Shown here in pieces: positions 12,208-23,572 of a DNA stretch of 64,000 nucleotides. The position numbers and the translations under genes were made by a program. Every line of letters begins with the position of its first letter. Position 1 is the stretch's first letter. The notes under the pieces are model-generated. The model had not been told where the DNA came from. It saw nothing but the letters and a program-made list of their open reading frames with translations, and did not search any database. Location: NCBI GenBank assembly GCA_032718475.1, contig JAUCBJ010009136.1, positions 207,572-271,571 of the forward strand. The letters run 5' to 3'. The DNA comes from Nemertoderma westbladi (lineage: Eukaryota > Animalia > Xenacoelomorpha).

Positions 12208-13983
12208 TCATAAAAACCATAAGAGACCTCCTTTCTTTACTCCCATCTGTTTCGCAATCATTTTTGCGTCGCTAGCGTCCCGCACTAACGTTTCCATGGC
12301 AATGAGTTCCTCGGCTACCCGAGTGGCGATGGGCGACGCGGGTTTAACGTTCCAGAACGCGGCGCCGACCAGTCGCTTACCGTCGTCCACATAGAGTAGA
12401 ACGCCGGAACGGATTTCCTCCTCGGGAACCCGATCCGAAGTCGCGGAGGATTCGTATACCCGAATCTGGCGATCGGAACCCCGGAAGACGCCGTAGGAGG
12501 CGAACCGGGAGGAGCTCCGGCCGACCCCGTGGAAGGAGGCCACCCACCCCGGGAGGCCGCCGGCCCAGCGGTCCGGGGACGCGAAGGGGGCGCGGTTCGT
12601 GTGGCCCAGCATCGCGCGACCCGCGTAGGACCCCATCGCCGCGGATACCGTCTCGGATTCCCGCCGTCGTCGACCGTGCGTCGCGTCGACGAACTCCGCG
12701 ACCGAGCCGGCGACGAACTCGTCGACGCGACCCGCGGCCCGGAGGAACTCGTCGGCGACGACGCCGCCGTTGGCGCGGCTGGTCGTGAGTCCGGCGCGCG
12801 CGGCGAGCTCGGCGTTGGGCCGGTTGGCGTCAACCAGGACGACCGCGTCCACGGTCAGCGAGGACCCGTCGTCCATCGCCAGGCAAACTCGTCCGTCGTC
12901 ATCCTTCGCCACGCCGGACACGTCGACCCCCGGGACCACCCGGACCCCGAGTCGCCGATCCAACCCCCCCGCTACCGCGTCTCCGAGGTACTTCGGGAAG
13001 GTTTCCGCGAGGCAACCCGCCCCCCGGAGGATCTGGTAAACCCGCAGCTCCCCCGTCGCTCGTCGCCTCCCTTTGTTCCGGATCGCCGCTGCCAACTCGG
13101 TTGCCACGATCCCGGATCCGACGATCGCCAAGGAATCCACGCGATCCGCCAACTCAACGACTCTATGAAACTCCTCGATTGTCCGGAAGGTTTGAACCGA
13201 TTCTGAGTCCAACTGACTCGGAATCTCCGGACGAACCCCCGTTGCAATCAGCAGCTTCTTGTATCCCAGAGTTTGGCCGGTCTGCAGCCGAATCGATTTA
13301 GCTTCGAGATCTATGGCGTCGACTCGGCAATCGGTGAGTAAACCGATCCGTCGCCCCCCGGAGCGGCCCAACTCGGAGGCGTCGACGAACTCGTTCTCCG
13401 TCGCGAGGAAGGTCGTCCGGTTAACGAGGAACCGCGAGAGGGCGTCCTTGTAGGTGAGTTCGGAGTCGCCGCGATGCCCCAACCACAGCTCGTAGGAGAG
13501 CGGCGCTCTTTGGTACGGACGGACCGATTCCTCGGTTACTATGAGGACCGGGGCGTCGGCGCGATGGCGACGTATTTCCCGCGCCGCGCTGTAGCCCGCC
13601 ACTCCGCCGCCGATTATCACGTAGTCGACAAGTTCCGGGAGGTCCGGAACTAGTCCCGAGGAAACCTCTGTCTCCTCCTCGACGGGTTTAGTCGCCGCGG
13701 CCGCCGTTGTAAATCCGCAGCGGTATTTGGTCCACGCAATGCCGGTCGCCACTAAAGCGGCCAAGGCACCGGGGGCGAGCCATCCGGGTTGGTGGTTACG
13801 TCCGCCATGTATTAATCGAAGGGGTAACCATCGCTTAGTAGTAGACATGAAACGCAAACAGCCACGGTGACTACCGGTACTGATGTTTGCGCGATATTGT
13901 ATTTGTCGCACAGAACACACCCATTGTTTACTGGCCCTTCCCACCATCCATCTCGCCCTTGTCGATTGACTGAGAGATATCAT
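12208..13983 (-). CDS. Intronless apoptosis-inducing factor (AIFM1-like) mitochondrial flavoprotein, divergent, nested antisense in a myosin VI intron
   Basis: 591 aa; Arg-rich presequence-like N-terminus, hydrophobic segment WLAPGALAALVATGIAW, YVIIGGGVAG..VLIVTEE..PYQRAPLSYELW, LLIATG, and C-terminal GVLLYVDDGKRLVGAAFWN resembling AIF GVIFYLRDKVVVGIVLWN. AATAAA on the minus strand at 12060-12065. Confidence 0.88.
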   Translation of the reverse strand: MISLSQSTRARWMVGRASKQWVCSVRQIQYRANISTGSHRGCLRFMSTTKRWLPLRLIHGGRNHQPGWLAPGALAALVATGIAWTKYRCGFTTAAAATKPVEEETEVSSGLVPDLPELVDYVIIGGGVAGYSAAREIRRHRADAPVLIVTEESVRPYQRAPLSYELWLGHRGDSELTYKDALSRFLVNRTTFLATENEFVDASELGRSGGRRIGLLTDCRVDAIDLEAKSIRLQTGQTLGYKKLLIATGVRPEIPSQLDSESVQTFRTIEEFHRVVELADRVDSLAIVGSGIVATELAAAIRNKGRRRATGELRVYQILRGAGCLAETFPKYLGDAVAGGLDRRLGVRVVPGVDVSGVAKDDDGRVCLAMDDGSSLTVDAVVLVDANRPNAELAARAGLTTSRANGGVVADEFLRAAGRVDEFVAGSVAEFVDATHGRRRRESETVSAAMGSYAGRAMLGHTNRAPFASPDRWAGGLPGWVASFHGVGRSSSRFASYGVFRGSDRQIRVYESSATSDRVPEEEIRSGVLLYVDDGKRLVGAAFWNVKPASPIATRVAEELIAMETLVRDASDAKMIAKQMGVKKGGLLWFL

Positions 13984-14576
13984 TGCCGGTTACCCGATCA
14001 GCTACCGGTCTGCGGTCTCTAACACTGCCCGTAGTTCAGTACTGAGGTAGTTCCGTCACCGCGTCGTGTCTGGCTGTCTGGAATAATTGAATATACTACT
14101 GTCAGACTGTAGCGTAGCTTAGGAACATTATAGATAGCTGGATAGGCCAAAACTGAAATAAAATGACAACTTGGGCCAAAACTGAAATAAACTGTCAACT
14201 TGCCGGTCCGGTATGGTGGCCCATTAGAGTCACCAAATAATCTGGAGAAAAATCAGTGTAATTTTTTGATTTTACAAATGTATAATAAAATTAACCGGTA
14301 CCTTGCAGCCTTGCAACATACACTACCGGTATCCATTTTCATGAAAGCAGGAAATAACGATTTAAATTTCCCGCGGTTCTATCTTTGATTAAGCTCTTAA
14401 TTTCTCAATCAATGAGGCGTTTTCTGTTCTTCTAAAATGAATTGAGCAGCGCCGCTGTTTAATCACAGAATTTCAGCCTGGCCTGCTCATCCGTTTCATT
14501 CAAAATAAATTAAAGGGAACACAAGTAAGTTTCTTCACTACCCGGGTGGGGTTTATAATTATTATGTTGTTCTTAG

Positions 14577-14704
14577 GAATGGTATCGGTACTGAAATTAA
14601 TGGAAGTTGGTTACCCAACCCGAACCTCTTACTCCGATCTGTATGATATGTATTACCGATATAGCAGGGAACTCTCACGTCTAGCTCCAATGTCTTTCTG
14701 CAGG
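14577..14704 (+). CDS. MYO6: Myosin VI exon (SH1 helix/converter start)
   Basis: AG at 14575-14576, GT at 14705; phase matches the previous exon; (G)MVSVLKLMEVGYPTRTSYSDLYDMYYRYSRELSRLAPMSFCR resembles myosin VI GMVSVLDLMQGGYPSR...RLDPRLFCK. Confidence 0.93.
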
Positions 14705-14874
14705 GTATAGAATTTCAATACATACCTCACATAAATGTCTGATCCATCCAATGCAATATCCCTTTTTGCCCTTTTAATGTCAACAATAAATTAATTTTCT
14801 ATGTGTCTATCCTATCAAACTTTCCGGTAAATAATTTAATGCATCTCTTTAAATTAAATATTTCTGTGGTGACC

Positions 14875-14947
14875 CGGGGGCGTACCCAGGTAATTACCCC
14901 CACTACCACCCCCCCCCCCCCCCCCCCCCCCCTTGGGTACGCCCCTG
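14875..14947. mobile_element. 73-bp hAT-type MITE remnant
   Basis: TIRs cgggggcgtacccagg / ccttgggtacgcccctg; 8-bp TSD tggtgacc at 14867-14874 and 14948-14955. Confidence 0.8.
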
Positions 14948-15424
14948 TGGTGACCTAACTGAGTGTGTGTAACGGAATATAGAATTGAACTTTTAACAGT
15001 TACTCACAGCTTTAGCGCCATCTATCGGCTATCTTTTGCAAGATAGAAACTGATATTTACATACTCTGGAAAAATATTGTTATATTATTATTTTATCCGG
15101 TAAAGACATAGATTCCCAAGCCACTACTGGGCGGGTTTCAATACCCGTACAATTAAAATACAAAGGAAAGTTTGATACCCTACGGTGGTGGTGAGAAACG
15201 GTCAGTTGAATTAGTAATAATTTAGTAAAATAATTTAGTTGTTCCTGTTTCCCTAACAAGTAACAATCATTAATTACAAAATTCTACGTTATATACTAAA
15301 ACTGCACTATATCCCTATTACGGCACCGTAGATATATGTAAAAAGGTAAAACAAGCGCGAAATCGCGGAGGCCCGCGTCTACTAAGTTATGAACCTACCT
15401 AATACAGTACCAAAAATAAGTAAC

Positions 15425-15497
15425 CGGAAAGTGGGATTGAACTCGGTACCTAGAGATTCCAAGTCCTACGCTTTAGCAACTTCGCCACTGCGCCGTA
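15425..15497 (-). other. tRNA-derived (SINE-head-like) sequence
   Basis: Minus strand reads ggcgcagtggcgaagttgctaaagcg...gagttcaatcccac, with degenerate A and B boxes and no intact cloverleaf. Confidence 0.5.
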
Positions 15498-15688
15498 TGA
15501 AGCCTTTTAAAACTAAAACCCAACTGGAAATTAACAACAACAACAACGCAGTGAATACTAGAGTCTCGCTACGCGGACCTACTAACGGAGTGAATACTAG
15601 AGGTCTCGCTACGCGGACCTAAAAAAATGTTAAAATGAAAGTAAAAAGGGAAATTATTTGCAAAAAAGTAATAAGAACGGAGATTGTC

Positions 15689-15760
15689 TTTCTCATCTCA
15701 CCACCGTTTCTCATCTCACCACCGTTTCTCATCCCACCACCGTTTCTCATCCCACCACTG
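15689..15760. repeat. 18-bp minisatellite, 4 copies
   Basis: tttctcatc(t/c)caccaccg repeated. Confidence 0.85.
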
Positions 15761-16063
15761 TAATATCCTGATAATGGCCGCGTCCTGCAGTGTACCATGC
15801 ATGTCATAATTATTATTCATTAACCTGTGTCGATGTATGTCAATTTTTATCCAACTTAATACTAATTATCCTTTATTATTTGTTAAACTCACTTTTTTGT
15901 CGACAAAAAAAGTTATGTTCGAATTATAAAGTAATTTTAATGACATTAATAATATATTGTATTAAAGTAATAATATTATATTCTAGAATATTATAAGGTC
16001 CCACATTACTTATTTTACTATTTCGCTTTATTTAACTCACGATTGAAGAAGCTACGATGGGCG

Positions 16064-16837
16064 GCTCCTCACCTCAGCTCATTAGAACATGCTGCTTCTA
16101 GTGTTGGTTTTCTTTTTAACTCCAGAAAAACCAAAATTTTGACAGTTAACTTTGAAAGTCCTCAGTAAGTATCTGATCGGATGAGCATAAGCTCAAAAGA
16201 TGGTATGCTTGAGCATGTGGATGACTTCTGTTACCTGGGATCATGGATCCGGAAGTCAGGTGAGGACCTTCGAATACGTAAGGGAAAGGCATGGGCAGCC
16301 TTGAATAGGCTTTCCAGGATTTGGAAGTCACCGAGAATTACTCGGAAACTTAAGGTCCGATTATTTAGAGCAGCAGTAGTTCCAGTACTCCTCTATGGGA
16401 GTCCATGCTGGGCTCTAACTGCTGAGGACACCAAATCTCTGGATGGCACATTCACAAGAATGCTACGCCGGGTTCATTGTGTCAAGTACAATGCACACAT
16501 CTCCAACCAGACACTATATAACATTGGAGGTGTCTCATTGGTTCCCCCAAGCTTGACACTAGAATAAAATCACCTCCGCATTGCAGGACATTGCTTTCGC
16601 CGTGAGGACCAGCCAGTGCATAATCTTGTACTTTGGCAGACTCTTGGAGTGAATAAACATGGTGGACAGCCCATGACTTTCTTGAGACGCATCTTAAAGG
16701 ACACTGCCTTGAAGATGCGGATGATCTAGCAAATGTCATAGGTGATAGGGAGTTGTGGCGGTGCAATTTTTTCGTTAAGCCGGCACAGCATTCTTAAAAA
16801 TGCAGCTGCAATGCAGCATGCCGATCCTAGTAGTAGT
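16064..16837 (+). mobile_element. 5'-truncated RTE-like LINE, decayed
   Basis: RT C-terminal motifs FCYLGS and VLLYGS; (tag)n tail; 9-bp TSD cgatgggcg at 16055-16063 and 16838-16846; same family as the copies near 51.3 kb and 62 kb. Confidence 0.9.
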
Positions 16838-16868
16838 CGATGGGCGATATCTATATTTTTTTTGTCTT

Positions 16869-19800
16869 GCTACACTCTCGAAATAATAATCGCTACACTC
16901 TCGAAATAATAATCGCCACACTCGAAATAATAATCGCTACACTCTCGAAATAATAATCACTACACTCTCGAAATAATAATCGCTACACTCTCGACATAAT
17001 AATCGCTATGCTCTTGAAATAATAATCGCTACGCTCTCGAAATAATAATTGCTATGCTCTCGAAATAATAATCGCTACGCTGTTGAAATAATAATCGCTA
17101 CGCTCTCGAAATAATAATCGCTACGCTGTTGAAATAATAATCGCTACACTCTCGAAATAATAATCGCTACGCTTTCGAAATAATAATCGCTACGCTCTCG
17201 AAATAATAATCGCTACGCTTTCGAAATAATAATCGCTACACTCTCGAAATAATAGTCGCTACGCTCTCGAAATAATAATCGCTATGCTCTCGAAATAATA
17301 ATCACTACACTCTCGAAATAATAATCGCTACGCTCTCGAAATAATAATCAATACGCTCTCGAAATAATAATCGCTACACTCTCGACATAATAATCGCTAT
17401 GCTCTTGAAATAATAATCGCTACGCTCTCGAAATAATAATTGCTATGCTCTCGAAATAATAATCGCTACGCTGTTGAAATAATAATCGCTACGCTCTCGA
17501 AATAATAATCACTACGCTCTCGAAATAATAATCGCTACGCTCTCGAAATAATAATCGCTACGCTCTCGAAATAATAATCACTACGCTCTCGAAATAATAA
17601 TCGCTACGCTCTCGAAATAATAATGCTACGCTCTTGAATTAATAATGCTACGCTCTCGAAATAATAATGCTACACTCTCGAAATAATAATCACTATGCTC
17701 TCGAAATAATAATCGCTACGCTCTCGAAATAATAATCGCTATGCTCTTGAATTAATAATGCTACGCTCTCGAAATAATAATGCTACACTCTTGAAATAAT
17801 AATCGCTATGCTCTCGAAATAATAATGCTACACTCTCGAAATAATAATCGCTACGCTCTCAAAATAATAATCGCTGCGCTCTCAAAATAATAATCGCTAC
17901 GCTCTCAAAATAATAATCGCTACGCTCTCGAAATAATAATGCTATGCTCTCGAAATAATAATTGCTACGCTCTCGAAATAATAATCGCTACACTCTCGAA
18001 ATAATAATCACTACGCTCTCGAAATAATAATCGCTACACTCTCGAAATAATAATCGCTATGCTCTCGAAATAATAATCGCTACGCTCTCGAAATAATAAT
18101 CGCTACGCTCTCGAAATAATAATGCTACACTCTCGAAATAATAATGCTACACTCTCGAAATAATAATTGCTACGCTCTCGAAATAATAATGCTACACTCT
18201 CAAAATAATAATCGCTACGCTCTCGAAATAATAATCGCTACGCTCTCAAAATAATAATCGCTACGCTCTCGAAATAATAATCGCTACGCTCTCAAAATAA
18301 TAATCGCTACGCTCTCGAAATAATAATTGCTACGCTCTCGAAATAATAATGCTACACTCTCGAAATAATAATCGCTACGCTCTCGAAATAATAATGCTAC
18401 ACTCTCAAAATAATAATCGCTACGCTCTCGAAATAATAATTGCTACACTCTCGAAATAATAATCACTACGCTCTCGAAATAATAATCACTACGCTCTCGA
18501 AATAATAATGCTATGCTCTCGAAATAATAATCGCTATGCTCTCGAAATAATAATCGCTACGCTCTCGAAATAATAATTGCTACGCTCTCGAAATAATAAT
18601 TGCTATGCTCTCGAAATAATAATCACTACACTCTCGAAATAATAATCACTACACTCTCAAAATAATAATCGCTATGCTCTCGAAATAATAATCGCTACGC
18701 TCTCGAAATAATAATGCTACACTCTCGAAATAATAATCGCTACGCTCTCGAAATAATAATGCTACACTCTCAAAATAATAATCGCTACGCTCTCGAAATA
18801 ATAATCGCTACACTCTCGAAATAATAATCACTACGCTCTCGACATAATAATCACTACGCTCTCGAAATAATAATTGCTACGCTCTCGAAATAATAATCGC
18901 TACACTCTCGAAATAATAATCACTACGCTCTCGAAATAATAATCACTATGCTCTCGAAATAATAATCACTACGCTCTCGAAATAATAATGCTACACTCTC
19001 GAAATAATAATCGCTACGCTTTCGAAATAATAATCGCTACACTCTAGAAATAATAATCACTACACTCTCGACATAATAATCGCTATGCTCTTGAAATAAT
19101 AATCGCTACGCTCTCGAAATAATAATTGCTATGCTCTCAAAATAATAATCACTACGCTCTCGAAATAATAATCACTACGCTGTTGAAATAATAATCGCTC
19201 GGCTCTCGAAATAATAATCGCTACGCTCTCGAAATAATAATCGCTACGCTTTCGAAATAATAATCGCTACACTCTCGAAATAATAATCGCTACACTCTCG
19301 ACATAATAATCGCTACGCTGTTGAAATAATAATCGCTCGGCTCTCGAAATAATAATCGCTACGCTCTCGAAATAATAATCGCTACGCTCTCGAAATAATA
19401 ATCACTACGCTCTCGAAATAATAATCACTACGCTGTTGAAATAATAATCGCTCAGCTCTCGAAATAATAATCGCTACGCTCTCGAAATAATCGCTACGCT
19501 TTCGAAATAATAATGCTATGCTCTCGAAATAATAATCGCTACGCTCTCGAAATAATAATCGCTATGCTCTCGAAATAATAATCACTACACTCTCGAAATA
19601 ATAATCACTACGCTGTTGAAATAATAATCGCTCGGCTCTCGAAATAATAATCGCTACACTCTCGACATAATAATCGCTATGCTCTTGAAATAATAATCGC
19701 TATGCTCTCGAAATAATAATCGCTACGCTCTCGAAATAATAATCGCTATGCTCTCGAAATAATAATCACTACACTCTCGAAATAATAATCGCTACGCTCT

Positions 19801-21951
19801 CGAAATAATAATTGCTATGCTCTCGAAATAATAATCGCTACACTCTCGAAATAATAATCGCTACGCTCTTGAAATAATAATCACTACACTCTCGAAATAA
19901 TAATCGCTATGCTCTCGAAATAATAATTGCTATGCTCTCGAAATAATAATCGCTACACTCTCGAAATAATAATCGCTACGCTCTCGAAATAATAATTGCT
20001 ATGCTCTCGAAATAATAATCGCTACACTCTCGAAATAATAATCGCTACGCTCTCGAAATAATAATCGCTACGCTGTTGAAATAATAATCGCTACACTCTC
20101 GAAATAATAATCGCTACGCTCTCGAAATAATAATCGCTACGCTGTTGAAATAATAATCACTACACTCTCGAAATAATAATCGCTACGCTCTCGAAATAAT
20201 AATTGCTATGCTCTCGAAATAATAATCGCTATGCTCTCGGAATGCTACGCTCTCGAAATAATAATCGCTACGCTCTCGAAATAATAATCGCTACACTGTT
20301 GAAATAATAATCGCTACACTCTCGAAATAATAATCACTACGCTGTTGAAATAATAATCGCTACACTCTCGAAATAATAATCACTATGCTGTTGAAATAAT
20401 AATCGCTACACTCTCGAAATAATAATCGCTATGCTCTCGAAATAATAATCGCTACGCTGTTGAAATAATAATCGCTACACTCTCGAAATAATAATCACTA
20501 CACTCTCGAAATAATAATCGCTACGCTCTCGAAATAATAATTGCTATGCTCTCGAAATAATAATCGCTACGCTCTCGAAATAATAATCGCTACGCTCTCG
20601 AAATAATAATCGCTATGCTCTCGAAATAATAATCACTACACTCTCGAAATAATAATCGCTACGCTCTCGAAATAATAATTGCTATGCTCTCGAAATAATA
20701 ATCGCTACACTCTCAAAATAATAATCGCTACGCTCTCGAAATAATAATTGCTATGCTCTCGAAATAATAATCGCTACACTCTCGAAATAATAATCGCTAC
20801 GCTCTCAAAATAATAATCGCTACGCTGTTGAAATAATAATCGCTACACTCTCGAAATAATAATCGCTACGCTCTCGAAATAATAATCGCTACGCTCTCGA
20901 AATAATAATCACTACGCTGTTGAAATAATAATCGCTCGGCTCTCGAAATAATAATCGCTACGCTCTCGAAATAATAATCGCTACGCTTTCGAAATAATAA
21001 TCGCTACACTCTCGAAATAATAATCGCTACACTCTCGAAATAATAATCGCTATGCTCTCGAAATAATAATCACTACACTCTCGAAATAATAATCGCTACG
21101 CTCTCGAAATAATAATCAATACGCTCTCGAAATAATAATCGCTACGCTCTCGAAATAATAATCGCTACGCTCTCGAAATAATAATCGCTACACTCTCGAA
21201 ATAATAATCGCTACACTCTCGAAATAATAATTGCTACACTCTCGAAATAATAATCGCTACGCTCTCGAAATAATAATCGCTACACTCTCGAAATAATAAT
21301 CGCTACACTCTCGACATAATTATCGCTATGCTCTTGAAATAATAATCGCTACGCTCTCGAAATAATAATTGCTATGCTCTCGAAATAATAATCGCTACGC
21401 TGTTGAAATAATAATCGCTACGCTCTCGAAATAATAATCACTACGCTCTCGAAATAATAATCGCTACGCTCTCGAAATAATAATCGCTACACTCTCGAAA
21501 TAATAATCGCTACACTCTCGAAATAATAATCGCTACGCTCTCGAAATAATAATCGCTACACTCTCGAAATAATAATCGCTACACTCTCGACATAATTATC
21601 GCTATGCTCTTGAAATAATAATCGCTACGCTCTCGAAATAATAATCGCTACGCTCTCGAAATAATAATCGCTACGCTCTCGAAATAATAATTGCTACACT
21701 CTCGAAATAATAATCGCTACACTCTCGAAATAATAATCGCTACACTCTCGAAATAATAATCGCTACGCTCTCGAAATAATAATCGCTACACTCTCGAAAT
21801 AATAATCGCTACACTCTCGACATAATTATCGCTATGCTCTTGAAATAATAATCGCTACGCTCTCGAAATAATAATTGCTATGCTCTCGAAATAATAATCG
21901 CTACGCTGTTGAAATAATAATCGCTACGCTCTCGAAATAATAATCACTACG
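16869..21951. repeat. Tandem array 3, 23-bp unit, left part
   Basis: Unit gctacgctctcgaaataataatc; interrupted by the LTR element and resumes at 40028. Confidence 0.98.
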
Positions 21952-22078
21952 TATAGAATTATATTCCCTAAATGCCGTGGATTTTCAAAATTTTTATTTT
22001 ATTCGGATTAACTTTGTAAAGATTGCTTTGAGTTCTCATTCGTATTGGTTCTATCATTTGTACATCTATCGGTCAAGT

Positions 22079-22165
22079 GGTTCAGTAGCTCAGTCGGTAG
22101 AGCGTTGGAAACTATATGTGTAGTAGGTATCGAGTTCGAATCCTAGTAAGTGCGAATTATTTTTT
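22079..22165 (+). ncRNA. tRNA-like Pol III unit in the 5' LTR
   Basis: A box with intact D-arm tagctcagtcggtagagc, B box gagttcgaatcc, T6 run at 22160-22165; anticodon and acceptor stems do not pair. Confidence 0.6.
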
Positions 22166-22222
22166 GTACAGAATTTCAACTCGTTTAAATTAACCGCTAC
22201 AAATTAATTGCATTTGTCTGTA

Positions 22223-22416
22223 CCAATGAGATTGTAGTTATTTTATTGTAACCAATGTCGTGCAAGTTATATATTAGCTGGACCAATAGCTATCTTTAAA
22301 ACCTTGTTAGAACCCATAGAACAATCGAGAATTTTCTCGATTGATTGCGGCACAAATTTGCTATAAAAAGGTGCGATTTGTTCATTAGTTATATATATTC
22401 TCTCAGTTATTCAGTT
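22223..22416 (+). promoter_or_regulatory. Putative LTR Pol II promoter
   Basis: CCAAT at 22223, 22252 and 22283 (about 30-bp spacing), TATAAAA at 22362, then TTAGTT/TCAGTT initiator-like motifs. Confidence 0.6.
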
Positions 22417-23561
22417 ATCTGATATTTGTTTATTCTGTCATTAGTTTTCAGATTACATTGTATTATAATTATATCTTCTGTAATAAAGTCAGAATATTCT
22501 CTCAGCTTTTCTATCTGTTTTACTATGGATTCACTACGGTGAACAAACTTAGGGACAGGATGGCCGGCTAGAGATCGGGCCGCAGCAATGAACGGGAACA
22601 TCACGGGAATGTAGACGAGAGACAACCCGCAATACCATTTAGAGTTATTCGCCCATCGCCTGAAAGGTTAGACAGCGTTCGACAGTGTCCATTGCATTAG
22701 AACTTGTAGGCTAGGGGGGTTGCTGTGTTTTCACCTGAATTGGGATTGTACCGTTCAGGCGGTAGGGCAGTTTACGTACTAGGCGCAAATAAATTGAGGC
22801 TATCAGGGATATACTAACATCTACCGTGTCCCCGCCAACGCCCTAATAGGAAGTTACCCGGACTACCTGGGTGACTAAAATTCTAGATAGGAGCCAGGAT
22901 AGCTATTAGTACCCGTACGCCTACAGTAGTAAACTAACACATCTCTTCTTAGTATCAGGGACCTGGTACCTAAAATTGCCGAATTCTGGGCGTAGTATTA
23001 ACCTTATGCCTGAATTTGAGTCCTGGAAATACGCAAGAGGGGAAGGAACCTTATCATTTGTGAGTATTGGACCTACAAGTTACAAAATTAGAATATTCGT
23101 AAAATGCACACCGTACCCAGTAATTATATATGTGAAGGAGCAAAACTGTTTTGACCGTTCAGAATTAACACACGCGCGTTAGAAATTATTTACACCTCGA
23201 AATATATAAAATTAACTTTGTCCGTACTGTGCTTTGCCCGCTAGTTAGACATCTCCAAATCTCTGCCTGTACCTAGCTAGCGTCTCTTCGCCCAACCATA
23301 TAAATCACACCGCGGCAAAGTATACGAGCCCCTTAGTCCGTCAGTGAGTCAGCCTGACTTTAGGATTCGCTGCGCGGGATTTGTTTTATCGAAGTTTGTC
23401 TGCTCGTAGACTGTTTTCTGCCTCACCGGTTATAAGAGATCGATACTGCAATATATTCGCTTACTTAGAGTTTACTGTTTTGGTGAGAAGGTCGGATTTA
23501 TGATTTGATTTACAAACTTTACAGTAGGATATTGCAGGTATTGTTACCGTCTCTTCCAATA

Positions 23562-23572
23562 GTAGGAATGTG
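23562..23572 (+). promoter_or_regulatory. Non-canonical primer-binding site candidate
   Basis: gtaggaatgtg abuts the 5' LTR, lacks TGG, and is the exact reverse complement of cacattcctac at 38993-39003. Confidence 0.6.

Larger units (their letters stand above)
21952..23561 (+). repeat. 5' LTR (1610 bp)
   Basis: tatagaatt...cttccaata; matches the 3' LTR apart from about four substitutions seen by eye and a missing 277-bp segment. Confidence 0.95.

Noticed and set aside
12315-13453. Overlapping ORFs within the AIF-like gene
   Set aside because: Shadow frames expected from high GC content.
22079-22156. Functional tRNA gene
   Set aside because: Acceptor and anticodon stems do not pair; kept only as tRNA-derived.
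22407-23182. Small ORFs duplicated at 38596-39648
   Set aside because: Duplicated only because they lie in the LTRs; non-ATG starts and no recognisable motifs.
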